Positions 39,611-52,654 of a stretch of DNA of 64,000 bases are shown piece by piece. The DNA is from Vicugna vicugna (lineage: Eukaryota), in NCBI GenBank assembly GCA_013265495.1, contig MU058221.1, positions 992,001-1,056,000 of the forward strand. The letters are read 5' to 3'. Numbering within the stretch: position 1 is the first letter of the stretch; every line of letters starts with the position of its first letter. Position numbers and translations under genes: made by a program. Under the pieces are notes generated by a model that made no database searches, was not told the DNA's origin, and was given only the letters and a program-made list of their open reading frames with translations.

Positions 39611-41879
39611 GTAGAATTTCAGTGACCCTCTTGCTCAGAATGGAGTGTTATTGTCTCAGAAGTGGCTGCGAAGCCGAGTCCAGGCATAACACACTTAAAT
39701 ATACATTTTAAATGTTTGGTTCTTCAGAACGGTAAGACCATTACAGCCAGATGAAAGATAATTTTTCATCATCTTCTTAGATGTCACATTCCCGTGGGCA
39801 ATTTGCAACATTCAAAAAGAATATTGACAGACCAGCAAAAATTAGAAGGCATTTTCATCACCTTGAGAAGTGGTGATCAAAGGGAACGTGCCAACCAATT
39901 AAAACATGATCAATGCTTCCATTTCCTTTCTTTCCTGTCACCAACTGTGGCTAAAAAGAATTAAGTTATTATTTTTTCAAAGCCTGCCTCATCTTGATAA
40001 TGTCATGTAAAAAAGCAATTTGGATCATGAGAGTTTAAATGTACCATGTGGTGAATTACGCTGATACAGTTTTATGAAGGCAGTATTAATCACACTGGAA
40101 GTACATGGCAGTCTGTTTAGTATTTGGTTCAGTTAAAAGCAAAGCAATTGGCTTTGGAAGGCTTAAAATGTCTTTATGCTTTTATGGAAAGACATAGAAA
40201 ACTAAAATTAGGATGAGGTACCAGCTTAAGAAATGGTGGTGTTTATTTTCTTTGTTAAAGCCAGTTACAATAAAGCATGTTTTCTTCCTCAGTGTACTCA
40301 TTTCTTCTTGCAGGAGAAAAACCTGTGTTTTTCATGCATCTTGGCAATTTGCATACATAGCAGCCAGACATGCATGTTCTCTGTCTGCTGTAAATTTGTA
40401 ACACTATGTAGCTTAGGAAGACACCTCTAGGTTTGGTACCTCCTCAAGTGTCAAATTATTAAGAGTCTGGACACATCTGGATCTTTGACTTTTCTGGGGC
40501 CAATGATTAAAAACCATCAAAACTTCACTGAGACAGTCAGAATCCAAATGAGACTGCCAAGGACAAATGTCTCAAAGTGACAATCTGTGTGCGTGTTTGC
40601 TTTTTACTTCTCACCCAAGGGTGTCTGCTCTTCCCTTCAGTTTGTAGTGACTGCTCAGTCCTTCTTGCTCCCTCCGTGAGCCACAGTCCCAGTAGCTGTC
40701 ACCATGCTATTGCCGCAGAACTGACCCTCCAAGGGAGCTGCGCCCTCCTTAGTCTGTTTGAGACAGTGGTTGGGTTAGACCCCTTCCCCTAGCATACTAG
40801 TTGCCATACTTAAGGTAAACCATGTCTCACCTGGAATCCACTTGACAGCTCTAGAGGTAAAGGCAAGGGAGCTGGGAGGCAGAAAGTCCTTTGCAGGAAT
40901 CCATGTGAAAGATGATGTGGGGGCTATGTGATGGGTCGACGTGAAGCATTCTGAATTCTCTTATCCTGCCTTCAGCTATGTTTCAAGGGAAATAGAAAAC
41001 AAGGGCCATCAACTGAGAATGAAGTTGCAAGAGGAGATACTGGGCTGGAAGGATAGAGAAAGAGGCTGAGAAGGAGAAGTCAGCTAAAGAGGAAGAGAGA
41101 ATGAAATTCTGAGTGGCTTAAGGATGCACAGTTCAGCTGCCTGGAGGCATGAAGGGGAACGCATGGTTCACGATCATAAACTGAACTGGACTTAACTGCT
41201 GTGACTGTGAGTTTTCCCAGTCCGTCCAGCAGCAGAGGATGGAACTGTTTACAGTCCAAAACACTGTGTGTGAGTGTGGCTGTGTTCTTCGTAAGGACAA
41301 GGACGGGGAAAAATGAAATAGGGAGGTAACTGAAAAGCATTCTCCAACTTTTCTTTTCATTGTCGTGCCACAATTTTCTTCTAGCATTAATAATTTATTC
41401 CCTTTGTGTAAAGCAAATGTTTTATAATGATTTGTTTTCTAGTTAGCTAATTTATGTGATTTTATAACTAAAGTAGTAATTACACAAGTAATTTGGAAGG
41501 CATCGTCACTATAAAAATAGTATATTTAAAAACACAGTAAAAAATTCAGAAAACATTAAAGCTGGCCTATAAACATCCAAAACACGTATCAACATCATTA
41601 TGGAGTTACGGCCTTAATGAGTTGTAGTTAAAACTATTCATGAATATGCTTAAAAGAAAAAACATAAAAAGAATTGTCCAGAGCACTGTAAAGACAGATT
41701 TGCCTGTATACAGAAAGTCTCCATTAGTTTGTTTTAATAGAACTGATTTTTCTATTAAAACTTGTTAGAGTGATAAATACATCCTTGCGTTGACTCCATA
41801 TATTTTATAGTGGAAAGGAGACTGGCGCTTTGAGTTCCAAGTAAGGAGCCTGGAGTTTCTCAGACTACAGAGATGCCCT

Positions 41880-41880
41880 G

Positions 41881-41914
<34 letters not shown>

Positions 41915-41917
41915 GAG
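41880..41917. repeat. (GA)n microsatellite
   Basis: Direct reading. Confidence 0.9.
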
Positions 41918-42129
41918 GATGCCGTAAGCAAAGGCAGAGCTTTTTACCCAACAAGAAACAAATTACCCAACTAAAGCCTCACAATGGGAAAGTCCATCTC
42001 GACTGAAAGACAATATAGCAAAGACACTAAATATGACAATGAGTCTAACTGTGTCTCTGAAAGGAGTAAAGCAGTGTGTTAAAGGACGAGGCGGTGTGTG
42101 TACTTTACACTGAGACACGATGGCGCTTT

Positions 42130-42506
42130 ATCATCGTTGTGCTTGCTCCTACTATTCTTAAGAAATCCATCAACAATTCATCGTATCCACACTGAAACAT
42201 CTAGAAAACGTATGTGATCATCTTCAAATGTGACATAGATATTTGATCCAATAAAAAACAGCCACTTGTATATTTGCGGAAAAGAGACATGCGTAGAAGG
42301 GTTTCTTTAGCATAATCGTATCAGTTTTAAAAATGGCCGCTAATACCCTAAGGAGAAAACGCTATAAATTGCGCGTCTGTTAAAACTAATGCCTGTAGTA
42401 CTCCTGGTACTTTCCATAGGGTGTAGTGCACCCAATAAGATTAAAAAAATAACACTGCTGTTAAAATTGATAGACCGAAGAGTCTATAAAGATATTCAGA
42501 TGACAT

Positions 42507-42538
<32 letters not shown>

Positions 42539-42980
42539 CAGCAGGACATGTGTATACAAAATACGTAACCACACATACGTTCAATGTAACAAAACATTGT
42601 TAATTTTTTGTGTGATGCTTCTGCTTTGGACCTATAGTAACGTAAAATAGAGTTTCTCATGTTAAGACAATCTTTTATTCCAGGTATTAAATTCTGCTCA
42701 GTCGTGTGTAATTCATATTCTGGAATGCTCTTTAAACATCTTTATCAGTAATTAGCCTTTTTTTGTATATTGATGTGTAAGAAGGATTGGTTCTCATTAC
42801 CCTTTTGTTGTAGTTACTTTTTGTCATAAGCATAATTTTGGTTCAAAATACGCCGTAGGTTGTACTGCACAAATTTTGAAAGGGTTTGGTGCCCTTCCGG
42901 AATAACCTGTTTTCTAAAAGTCTGAATGAAATAATAAGTGAAAGCATCTAACTAGAGTTTCATTATTCGATCGTTTTTAA
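42130..42980. mobile_element. Old L1 ORF2 fragments (plus then minus orientation)
   Basis: aagaaatccatcaacaattcatc...aaaacgtatgtgatcatcttcaaatg (+); ttttgtatattgatgtgtaagaaggattggttc (-). Confidence 0.5.
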
Positions 42981-43049
42981 ACTGTTCTCAGATCTTTCTC
43001 TCCTCATTTAAAATGTTCTGTGTGTTTCATAATGTTTCTTTACATGCTA

Positions 43050-43690
43050 CTTGATACAGATACTGCACATACACTGAAGGGAATTCGGAAAATACAAAAA
43101 AGCAAAAAATAAATGCACAAAGGTCACCATCACTGCACAGAAAAGCCAACACCCATCGTGCCCATCCTGGGGCGTGGGCAGCCTCCCACGCCAGATCACC
43201 CTCCACTCGCCAGCCCTCCGTCTTGGCAGTCTGTCGTGCCTCTTTCCACGCCGCCCTGGCCCCCTCCGTCTTTCGGAACAGCTTCTATGGAGCTGGTCTC
43301 CCTCGGCAGCTCGACCGTCCGCCAGCGGTAGCAGAGTTTTCTCCGGAAGCTGAAGGGGGTCACGTTTAACCGTCTGTTGGAGGTCTGTTTCATGCGGGTT
43401 CCCCCCACCCGGACCTGACGGCGCCTTAACACCCCGCCCTCCACGGCCGCACGGCCTCGCGCGCGACCAAGGCAAGCGAGACGCGGCCAGAGACGCGCGC
43501 CTCGGGCCTGCTCCTCAGAGCCAAGCCGTCCGCGGGGCACTGGACAGAACAGCGCGGCGGCGGCTGGCAGGGCATTTCCCGGGTACTGAACTCTTAACCT
43601 TGGTGACTTTGTGGGCAGTTGGATGGAAATGAGCGCCCTGTGAGGAGGGGGGAACCATCCAGAGCATAACTGTACGCCTGCGCTCAGGGT
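43050..43690 (-). mobile_element. L1ME-like 3' fragment, now a CpG-island-like GC peak
   Basis: Starts as recognisable L1ME (gaattcggaaaatacaaaaaagcaaaaaataaat...ggtcacc) and continues collinearly in GC-rich form. Confidence 0.55.
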
Positions 43691-44528
43691 AAGAGGCTTC
43701 AAAGAGTTTTACTTTCTCTCCATGAGTGAGTGACGACCAGGAAGCAGGTGGCTGCTCAGCTCAACACGACCCAGGGCTCACTATAATGGCATCAGTTTGC
43801 AGTTGGGGCCCCTCCTGTTCCTTTGCTCTGGGTGCATCATGGGTTGGAGCACGTGTCCAAGGCTTGGCGGGTCTGCACACTCAAGGGATGTGAGCCGCCG
43901 GTTCATTACAAGAATGCGCCTAAGCCAGGAGGTGAGACAGGAGAAGAAAAGGAGAGGCGCCTTTTCCTCCCGTGGGTTGCTGGCTCACCGTCAATTCTTG
44001 AAGGTGTCCTATACTTCACAAACTTGTGCTCTATTAACAAAATTTTCTCTTGCTGTCACATGGTCAGTCTGCCATTTAAATTCTTTCCCTTGGGTTAAGT
44101 CATAGAACTGAGGGCTCTTTACCCTCCTCGGAGTATCACATTCACTGGGTGTCACAGACAAACTCCAGAGGGCCTGCTCATTCTTTTGCAGCCATCAGCC
44201 ACACTTTCAGGGGTAAAGGCCCAGCTGTTCGGGTAAAGAATGTCAAGGGACAGGAGAGAGTGATGGGAAGGCTGGGGCTGTTTAGCACAAACGCAGTTGA
44301 GCAAGGGAAGCAGAGATGGGGCTTTGTCAGAGGAAAACAGGTTGCAGGAATTTTAAGTCCGAATGACTCAGCAAACGGCTTTCGCACCAGGGAAGCCATC
44401 TTGTTAGTTAGTTTCCTGCCCTTTCCGTCGCTCCTTGGAAACTTGTCTTCTTCATTTTTCCGTGGTCTGTTTTAACGTACTCTGACCTGGACTTCTATGG
44501 CACTAACTCCATTGTCCTCATTCTGTTG

Positions 44529-44663
44529 CTTTTTTTTTTTTCTTTTTTGGTTGGGGGGAGGTAATTAGGTTTATTTCATTTATTTAAATGGAGGCGCTGG
44601 GGATTGAACCCAGGACGTTGTGCATGCTAAGCATGTGCTCTACCCCTGAGCTGTCCCCTCCCA
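44529..44663 (-). mobile_element. Vic-1-type camelid tRNA-derived SINE
   Basis: Minus strand gggaggggacagctcaggggtagagcacatgcttagcatgcacaacgtcctgggttcaatccccagcgcctcc...aataaacctaattacctcccccc + A tail; pol III A/B boxes; flanking direct repeats ctcca(t/c)tgtcctca(t/c)t at 44507 and 44665. Confidence 0.88.
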
Positions 44664-45846
44664 CCTCCACTGTCCTCACTGTGAGCTTGAATCTGTTTGT
44701 GAAGCTTCTCACATTCCCCAGAAGCTCTGACTTCCATTCCAAGCCTTGCACAACACAAAACCTTAAACTCTCACACTAGCTTCGGTGTCCTTTTTCACAG
44801 GGTCCTACACGGCAAGGCACACTCTTTCTGATTCTGCGAGAAACTCAGAATCTTAAGTCAGGAGCAAGAGTTAAATCTTAGAATACACAAAGATTCATTT
44901 TCAAAGAAAGTGCATCTTAATAAAATTATATATCACGGTTTTAGATATAAAATTCCTGGGTAGTCGGTTGAAATATTTTCTCTCTAATAATTAAAATTTT
45001 ATAATAAATGTGAAATGTGTTTTCTTCATAACACCACCGCTGTTCTCCATAGAAGCACCTACTTATTATCTTATAAATATTCTGTCTGTATCGCAGAGGC
45101 CTTAGTGTAAGGAAGGCAACTTCTCTTAGCAATATTAAGATATTGACTCTGGAATCAGTCAGGGAATGAAAAATGAAGTTATGCATATTTAATCTACTCA
45201 GTGAGGATTCAGAACTGCCTCTGAGAATAAGAGGGAAAATGAATAACTCCCACCCTCTTCCACAAGGATATTTATGAGGACAAAATTCTATCAAAACATA
45301 TGGGAAAGCATTCAAAAGTATGACAAGGTATAAAATGTATGAATTTTATGATTGTTTCTACAATTGATAAGTATAATATTTAAACTTTAAAAAAAACATT
45401 CATTTGACTTTTGTGAGTTTAACACTTCCTTTAAGCCTTAAGGACCAATTATTTTTTTTTCTTCAAATTAAAAAATACCTCTTTCGCATTAGTAATAAGG
45501 TATGTACTTTCTTATTAAAAAATCTTTAAAGAATAATGTTTTATGTAGAAGAGAGTTTAGCCTGGGCCACCTTTTCTAAAGAGTCTGTGCCAGGGAGACT
45601 CTTACATGTCCTTCCTCCCAGACAAACACATAATATATAAAGGTACAGGGGAAAAGAGCAGAAGAGAGAGAAAGAGAGAAAGTGTTTTGGGTTTTGGGTT
45701 TTTTTTTTGGTTTTTTGTTTTTTTGCCATTTTTTCCTTATTGGTTAATATATAATCCTTTATTATAGTATTATATTCATTATTATTATATTTATACACAA
45801 AGTTCTTAAAACAATAGTTTTCAAACAAAGTTGTACACAATAGAAT

Positions 45847-45921
<75 letters not shown>

Positions 45922-46100
45922 GGAGAAAGAGGAAGGAAGGAAGAAAGAGAGGGAGGAAGGAAGGAAGAAAGAAAGAGAGGGAGAGAGGAAGGAAGGAAAG
46001 AAGGAAGGAATCAAGGAGGTGGGGGAGAGAGAGGAAAAGGCGAATGAACAGCAGGAAGGTAGGAAAGAAGGAAAGAGGAAAGGAAGGCGGGAGGAAGAAA
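45847..46100. repeat. (GAAA)~18 microsatellite followed by GGAA-rich tract
   Basis: Perfect AAGA array 45847-45920, then degenerate purine repeats. Confidence 0.95.
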
Positions 46101-49100
46101 TCAGGCTCTGGTTTGAGGGAGCGTCCAGCTAGCACTACGTTTTAAACCATATTTTCAGCTGTTAAACTGACTACTCTGTTATGAAAAGTTCCTAGTCTCT
46201 AATGTGGACAGTCCTTTGGAGGAAATTGTCTTTGTTCTGGGACAGAAGATGGCGGGTGGAACGTTTTAAGCCCTGAGGACCTACGACGGAATCTGCACAC
46301 CCCTGGGCGGCTGCAGCTCTGCCTAGCGAGGTTCCCAGATGCGCCAGACTGAAACGCTGCTTTTACTGCATGAAGAAGGTGTGTGATTCAGTGCAGCACG
46401 GGGCTTCCTGAGAGCACGTCTTTCCTCACAAGGCTGCCAGATGAATGAACGCGTCGTGTTTTTTGTGCTAGGTCGCTCCACGTGTGAGACGCAAGGATGT
46501 GGGGAAGGGGCTATGAGCTCCAACTAGAGCTGCCTTCTCTCAGGGAAGCTATTTTCAATAACTGTGGTCACCCAGCCCCCGTGTCGAGTTTCTTTTTGTG
46601 CAGTGGCTTCAGAAAGATTTTTAAGATCTTAGTTGGGTTGTGGGTTTTTTGTGTTTGCTTCTCCTTTGTTTTTGGTCATCGGTCCACAGCATCAGTGGCC
46701 ACTTGAGCAGCGACAGCACCAAGGTTCCCTGCAGGGGAGTCTGACCATAAAGGGGCCAGAAAAGAAGCGCCAAGAGGACTAATTCTGTAGCATGTGTAAC
46801 AGGATCATGAATTCACCCACACAACAATCAGATGCTTAAAAAATTGTAACTTTTTTGTCCCTTTTCTGTCATTCTTTTGCGGTCCCAGCCCATTGGCCAA
46901 CAGACACCCTTAGACTTGCCAAGAAACATGATGTCATTTACTTCTTGGTTCGTGTCTGATTTCAGCTGGAAGGCCAATTCTGTCCGAAGTCAACCTCTTC
47001 ATGTCCAGTTAAACTATCCCTTTGCATGACTTCTGGTATGCATGTTTCTCACAGTTGAGTCCTCCCCTCCTGCCCTCCACCCCCCGTCCCAGGGATCCTG
47101 CTGCTCTGGATAACGGCCGCTCGTGGTGAGGGTCTTCCCGCGCTGCACCGTAACAGAATGAAGGGATGATGGGCTGGGCTGGGTCCCACCTCCGCACGGC
47201 CCCCCGTCTGCGGTGGCGTGCACACCCTGCTGCTCCCAGAGCTAGCGACCGTGTCAGCGCCGCTGATTCACTTTGCCATTGGGTGCAAAGATTCAGCCTC
47301 TGGTACTGGAACCCATTTTGTCATGATATGACTTACGGCAAACTCAATGACAGAAAGACCCCGGGGATGTCAGGGTCATTCCCCCTCAGCCCCGCCTGTC
47401 ATGTTTGTTAAAGGACGGCTTAAGTGTGTGGATTTGCTGACGGACACCTGGCTATGCTCGTAACTAAACCGAACAGGGGAGTCGGGGTGAACAGTCCCAC
47501 AGCAACACACTCTCTGGGTAGGTGCGAATCTGTATCTGTATTTGTTTAATTTCTGCCATTCTGGTCCTCTCTTGACTGTCCTCCTCACTCCCTGGAACTC
47601 ATAAACACACACACAAGCACACACGTGCGCACACGATCTCACACACACGCCAGTGCATGACACCCGTGACAACGGGGGCTTGTTTAACCCGTGGCTCTAT
47701 TTCTACACGCAGGAAGCGACCTGGTAATGCAGCGAGTTGTCCATGAATATTTGTTGCCTGCACGCATCAGTCTTCATCTACACATGCCCAAAACTCTGTG
47801 AGAAACAGTCTAATTGATCAATAAACATTTCTGTCCTTCAAACGCAAAATGCAGCCTGTGGACCTGCAGCACCCACATCGCGTGACAGGTTGTTTGAAAA
47901 TGCATAACCTTGCGTCTCACCCCAGACCATAGAAAACGGGGTCTGCGTTTCCTCACGTTTCCTGGATGCTTCGTTTTGAACGTGACAGCGAAGTCCGGTC
48001 GTTTGTTAGGTAATTTTACATGCCGTCCAGCCCTCCCCCGGACCTTCGTGGGGGACACTGACTGCTGAAGACAGACTTTCCCACTGAACCTCGCTCGACC
48101 AAGACCCAAAGCCTTCTCACTGTGCAGCCCCACGGGTCTTCTGCTGAGCAGCTGGAATGGATACATGGAGGGTGACAGATCTGTGAACGTTTATCTCATA
48201 AGGTGAGTTTCTTCCTTCTCATCTTTCCAATCTGAGGGATTAGTAAAACGGCAGCAGTTGATAAACTCAGATGCAACTATCAGTTAGCGAAGCAGCGCCT
48301 ATGGGATGGCCAACGAATAATTAACTCCGAGTGGCACTTTTCAGGAGATAAAAATAAGTGATCTCTTAGCAAGTTTATCATTTTCTGCATAAGCTGAAAG
48401 GGGCAAAAATGTAAGGATTAGAAATCAAAGAAATCCTCTGTACTGATCATGAATGTAATCAGTCTGGGAACGAATGTTTCTAAGTCCAAAATGTAGCGGG
48501 GATCTTAGGAATTATCTGACATAAACACACAGAAGAGCCAACGAGAAATAGTGTTCTGGCTCTAAAAAGTAATAAAATGGATGCTCAAAGCAAATAAAAT
48601 TCTTTGCCAAGAGAAAAGGGCATGAAACGGTGTTTTGAACAGTTTGTGACTCGCCTCTCGTAGAAGTCAATCCGGGTGCTCCAATAAATAGAATGTGAGA
48701 GGGAACGTCCTCTTCAAAGGAGAGGAGAAGGCACCGCTCGTGGTTGCTGCTCATCGCCCGTCCTTTCAGGCGAGTGTGTCTGCGCCACCCCACGCCCGCC
48801 CTCCCTTTCTTCCGTGACACACACCCCAGGGCAGGGAGGGGTGAAGCGGAGGGCTACAGTCGGGTCAGCTGGACTCTGATCTGGCACTCGGATCTGGCGG
48901 CAAGGTTCAGGGGCCAGAGGCTGCCGGAGCTGAGCCACCTGCCGGCAGCTGCGGTCAGAGCACAGCTGGCTCCCTCAGCGTGTCCTTTGACGACAGTGTG
49001 GCGCCAGTAAGACTTCGGGATACTTCCAATAGCATCCCTTGTTTTTCGTTAGTTAACCAGGCTTGGTTTCTGCTGCTCACAAATAAAAAAACATATTTGA

Positions 49101-50429
49101 TAAAGTGATGAAGAAAGAGACAAGCAAAAGAGCCCAGGTGAAACTGGGGACGCTTGCAATCAGTTGCTGGAAGGAAACGGGGATAAAACATAGGGCAGGT
49201 ACACATGCTGAGTGGGACACAGGACGCCCCCGGGGAACCAGGTATTCAGGGAATCACCAACGTACCTTCTGGGAATGAAACCGGGGGCCAAGGGCTCGCG
49301 CCCTTCAATTTAAGGAAGATGCATAAGGTCAGTTAAGATAAGGCTTTGCTGCCCTTTATCCACGTTGCTCTTGTCTCTCTAGAATGAACATGAAAAGGCT
49401 TTCTGGCGCACGGCCGCTGGTCACAGGCCACGCAGACCCGCTCCCTGCGTTTACGGCTGAAGCCCGGAGCTCGGCACCTGGCTTCGTGCAGCGGGGGACG
49501 TGCAACGAGGCTTGAACACATACTCTGTCAAGGTGCTTTTTTTTTTTTTTTTTCTGAAACTTGGATTATTAACAGAGAAAGACCAACGTCATAACAACAG
49601 GGGCAGTAATATGTCTGAGAATTCAGATCCTGGATAACGTTAATGTTGTGTCTACTACAGTTTGATATACATCCTCATCCAGGACAATTTGGCACTAAAA
49701 TCTACATTTAAAATATGCTGCCCTCTTGATTCAGTCTTTGTACCTTTAGGAATCTATCTCAGTGATCCCTGTGCAACTTTTTAACTATTTTTCACTACAC
49801 ACGAAAAAAAAAATGACGAGTTTTTAGGACGCTATTAGGTGTCTAATTGGGCTTTCAGAAAACAGAATTTAGCAATTCTGCAACAAGGGCTGTGATAGAA
49901 TCTGAGCATTGTCTGTTCTCTCCTTTTAATGGACAGTTACCAGATGGAGACCTGGAGAGGTTAAATGCTTATTTTTAGTCTTATAGCTAATTTTTATGGA
50001 GATAGGAGTTGAATATAATATTCCGTTTTCTGCTCTATTAATGGAGCTTTCTGTCCCACAGACAGTGTTTTCATTTCTGATATTCTGCAGACATTAGTCA
50101 CGTTATTCTGCAGATGTTTTGTTGTTCATGGAAAATAATCACACAATTTGTGTCACAGCTTAAGAAATCTTTGGTTCTCTCCAAATTCTAGCTCTTCAAG
50201 ATGCATACATGCCAAGTTATTCTATTGTTATGAACAGGAAGAGATAAAGATTTTCCCTCAGGAAGCTAAACAGATTATAATGAATATATTGTTTTAGAGT
50301 TATTTATAGAAAAATGTTAAATATCCTTCGTAATCCCTGCCAGTGCATGTTGAAACTGAGAATAAACGGTGTCACAGTCTCATAATAGCAACATCCACGG
50401 AAGGCAGAATGTTTTTTGATATTTTTGGA

Positions 50430-51620
50430 AATGAATACTATAATTATTACTGTGAAAATGTGCACATAGTATCAAGGTTCAGGCATGCCAAAGTTAAAGT
50501 GCCCGAAACCCTTTCCCCGCAAGTACCATGACCCGCATCAGGGAGCACCATTCAAGGTCGCAACATACCCTTCTTAGACGGTCTCTCTCTGTGTCACATA
50601 CTTTTTTCTTTCTGTGAATTTCAATTTCACAAAAAATGAAATTATGCCTTGGAAATCTGCTCCTGTTTGAACAACGCATCTATCATTTTCCTGCTAAGAA
50701 CAGCAGAATATTCTCCCAGTTTTCTTGAATAATAGTCACTACTCTGTTCCAAATTTTCTTTATTATATAAAATCTTGCAATGGATGTCCCTGAGCACATA
50801 ACTTTGTGTTTTGCTGCCAGTATTTCTAATAAATAGAAGAAAGGTAATTGCCAGGTTGGTAAAAAATCATCTCAAAGAGCCGTTCCAGTTTAAACTTCCA
50901 ACAATTGTGTTTGGAATGAGTGCTTCCCCATAATCTTGCCAATTAATAATTATATATATATTTTTTTAAAAAATTTGGTTTATCTTAGTGGTATTCCACA
51001 AGTATTTTAATTTAAATTTTAGCCATTATTTGAGACATGTAATACATTTAATGTCCTCATTTAGTTTACAGGTAAATTGTAATTTCTTATGTTAAGTGAC
51101 TCATGTCCATAGTTAATTACAGTTCATACCTTTGCTCCCCGATTCCCCCCCCCCACCGTGGGACTGATTCCTTTCCTATTGCTTTGAAATAACTATTCAT
51201 ATAATTATTTATTGCAGTCTTAGTTCTTATTTTTCAAAACATCATCTTTTTCAGAAGGTCCATACTGTCTTTGCCATCGAAAATTGATTTTCCATATAGT
51301 GAATTCCATCAGTTTTTTCCTTTATGGTTTCTTGATGACTTGTCTTCTGGTTTATCAAGGCCAAAAATATTATTTACCTATGTATGTCTATGACTATATA
51401 CATATTTATTATATCTTTACCTATAAATATATATGTGTGTAGTTTTATAATATATGTCTTTGTGCGTACGTACTCTTGTGTCAAGAGCTTTCATTTATCT
51501 GAAAACTTTTTGTGTGTATGAAAAAACGTAGGTAGAAATTTATTTTTTTCCCAAATTGATGGTCATCATTTTGATATCGTTTTAAATATTATTCAGCAAT
51601 CATCTGTAATAGAGATGATA
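50430..51620 (-). mobile_element. Ancient L1ME-like fragment
   Basis: ttccaaattttctttattatataaaatcttgcaatggatgtccctgagcacat; gttccagtttaaacttccaacaattgtgtttggaatgagtgcttccccataatcttgccaa. Confidence 0.65.
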
Positions 51621-52065
51621 GATATAATTTCTATCTCATCTACTTCTTGTCTTATTTTATGACGTGAATTCGAAGCAGGACCCTCCAATAAAAACTTCCA
51701 CGTGAAAAGCCTGCGTGGGTTTTACAGCGTGCTTCCTTCTGGCTTAGGTTTTGAGGGTTCAGAGTATAAGTTAAATGATAACAAGGATTCTGAGGCCAGA
51801 ATTGTAGACCCTGGGGCAGCAAATTTTCTGCTAAAACTTAGAAGGCATCCAGTTAATTTGCTGTCAGCTAGTTCCACGGGAAATAAGCATGGTCAAACAT
51901 ATCCAATCATGTTTAAACTTGAATTAACATTATTTTAACAGCTCTATTTTTCAAATGTCCCCCTTTTTCTACTTGAACCCATTTGGCTGAGAGGCCAAAA
52001 CTTGGGGAAAATCATAAAATGGGCAAAAGCACAATTTAATTTTATTTTCTTTGCCTGCACCTTTT

Positions 52066-52654
52066 TTTTTTACATTTTTATTGATTCATAATCATTTTAC
52101 AGTGTTGTGTCAAATTCCAGTGTTCAGTACAATTTTTCAGTCATACATGGACATATACACACTCATTGTCACATTTTTTTTCCTNNNNNNNNNNNNNNNN
52201 NNNNNNNNNNNNNNNNNNNNNNNNNNNNNNNNNNNNNNNNNNNNNNNNNNNNNNNNNNNNNNNNNNNNNNNNNNNNNNNNNNNNNNNNNNNNNNNNNNNN
52301 NNNNNNNNNNNNNNNNNNNNNNNNNNNNNNNNNNNNNNNNNNNNNNNNNNNNNNNNNNNNNNNNNNNTGAGGTATCACCTCACACCAGTCAGAATGGCCG
52401 TCATTCAAAAATCCAAAAATGACAAATGCTGGAGAGGCTGTGGAGAAAGGGGAACCCTCCTACACTGCTGGTGGGAATGCAGTTTGGTGCAGCCACTATG
52501 GAAAACAGTGTGGCGATTCCTCAAAAGACTAGGAATAGACTTACCATATGACCCAGGAATCCCACTCCTGGGCTTGTACCCAGAAGGAAATCTACTTCAG
52601 GATGACACCTGCACCCCAATGTTCATAGCAGCACTATTTACAATAGCCAAAACA
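52066..52654 (-). mobile_element. Young L1 with 5' inversion (twin priming), 14-bp TSD, spanning an assembly gap
   Basis: Poly-T and 3'UTR antisense to 52184; sense ORF2 Cys-rich segment 52368-52654 open ([10 protein letters not shown]...HCWWEC...[13 protein letters not shown]); TSD tgcctgcacctttt at 52052-52065 and 52655-52668. Confidence 0.88.
52185..52367. other. Assembly gap (183 N)
   Basis: Run of N. Confidence 1.

Noticed and set aside
43047..43702. 142- and 168-aa ORFs
   Set aside because: Same GC artefact; the underlying sequence looks repeat-derived.
44590..44663. tRNA-like sequence with A and B boxes
   Set aside because: Head of a SINE with A-rich tail and flanking direct repeats, not a tRNA gene.
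45541..46135. 157- and 104-aa Phe/Leu/Ser ORFs resembling membrane proteins
   Set aside because: Translation of the (GAAA)n/GGAA repeat.
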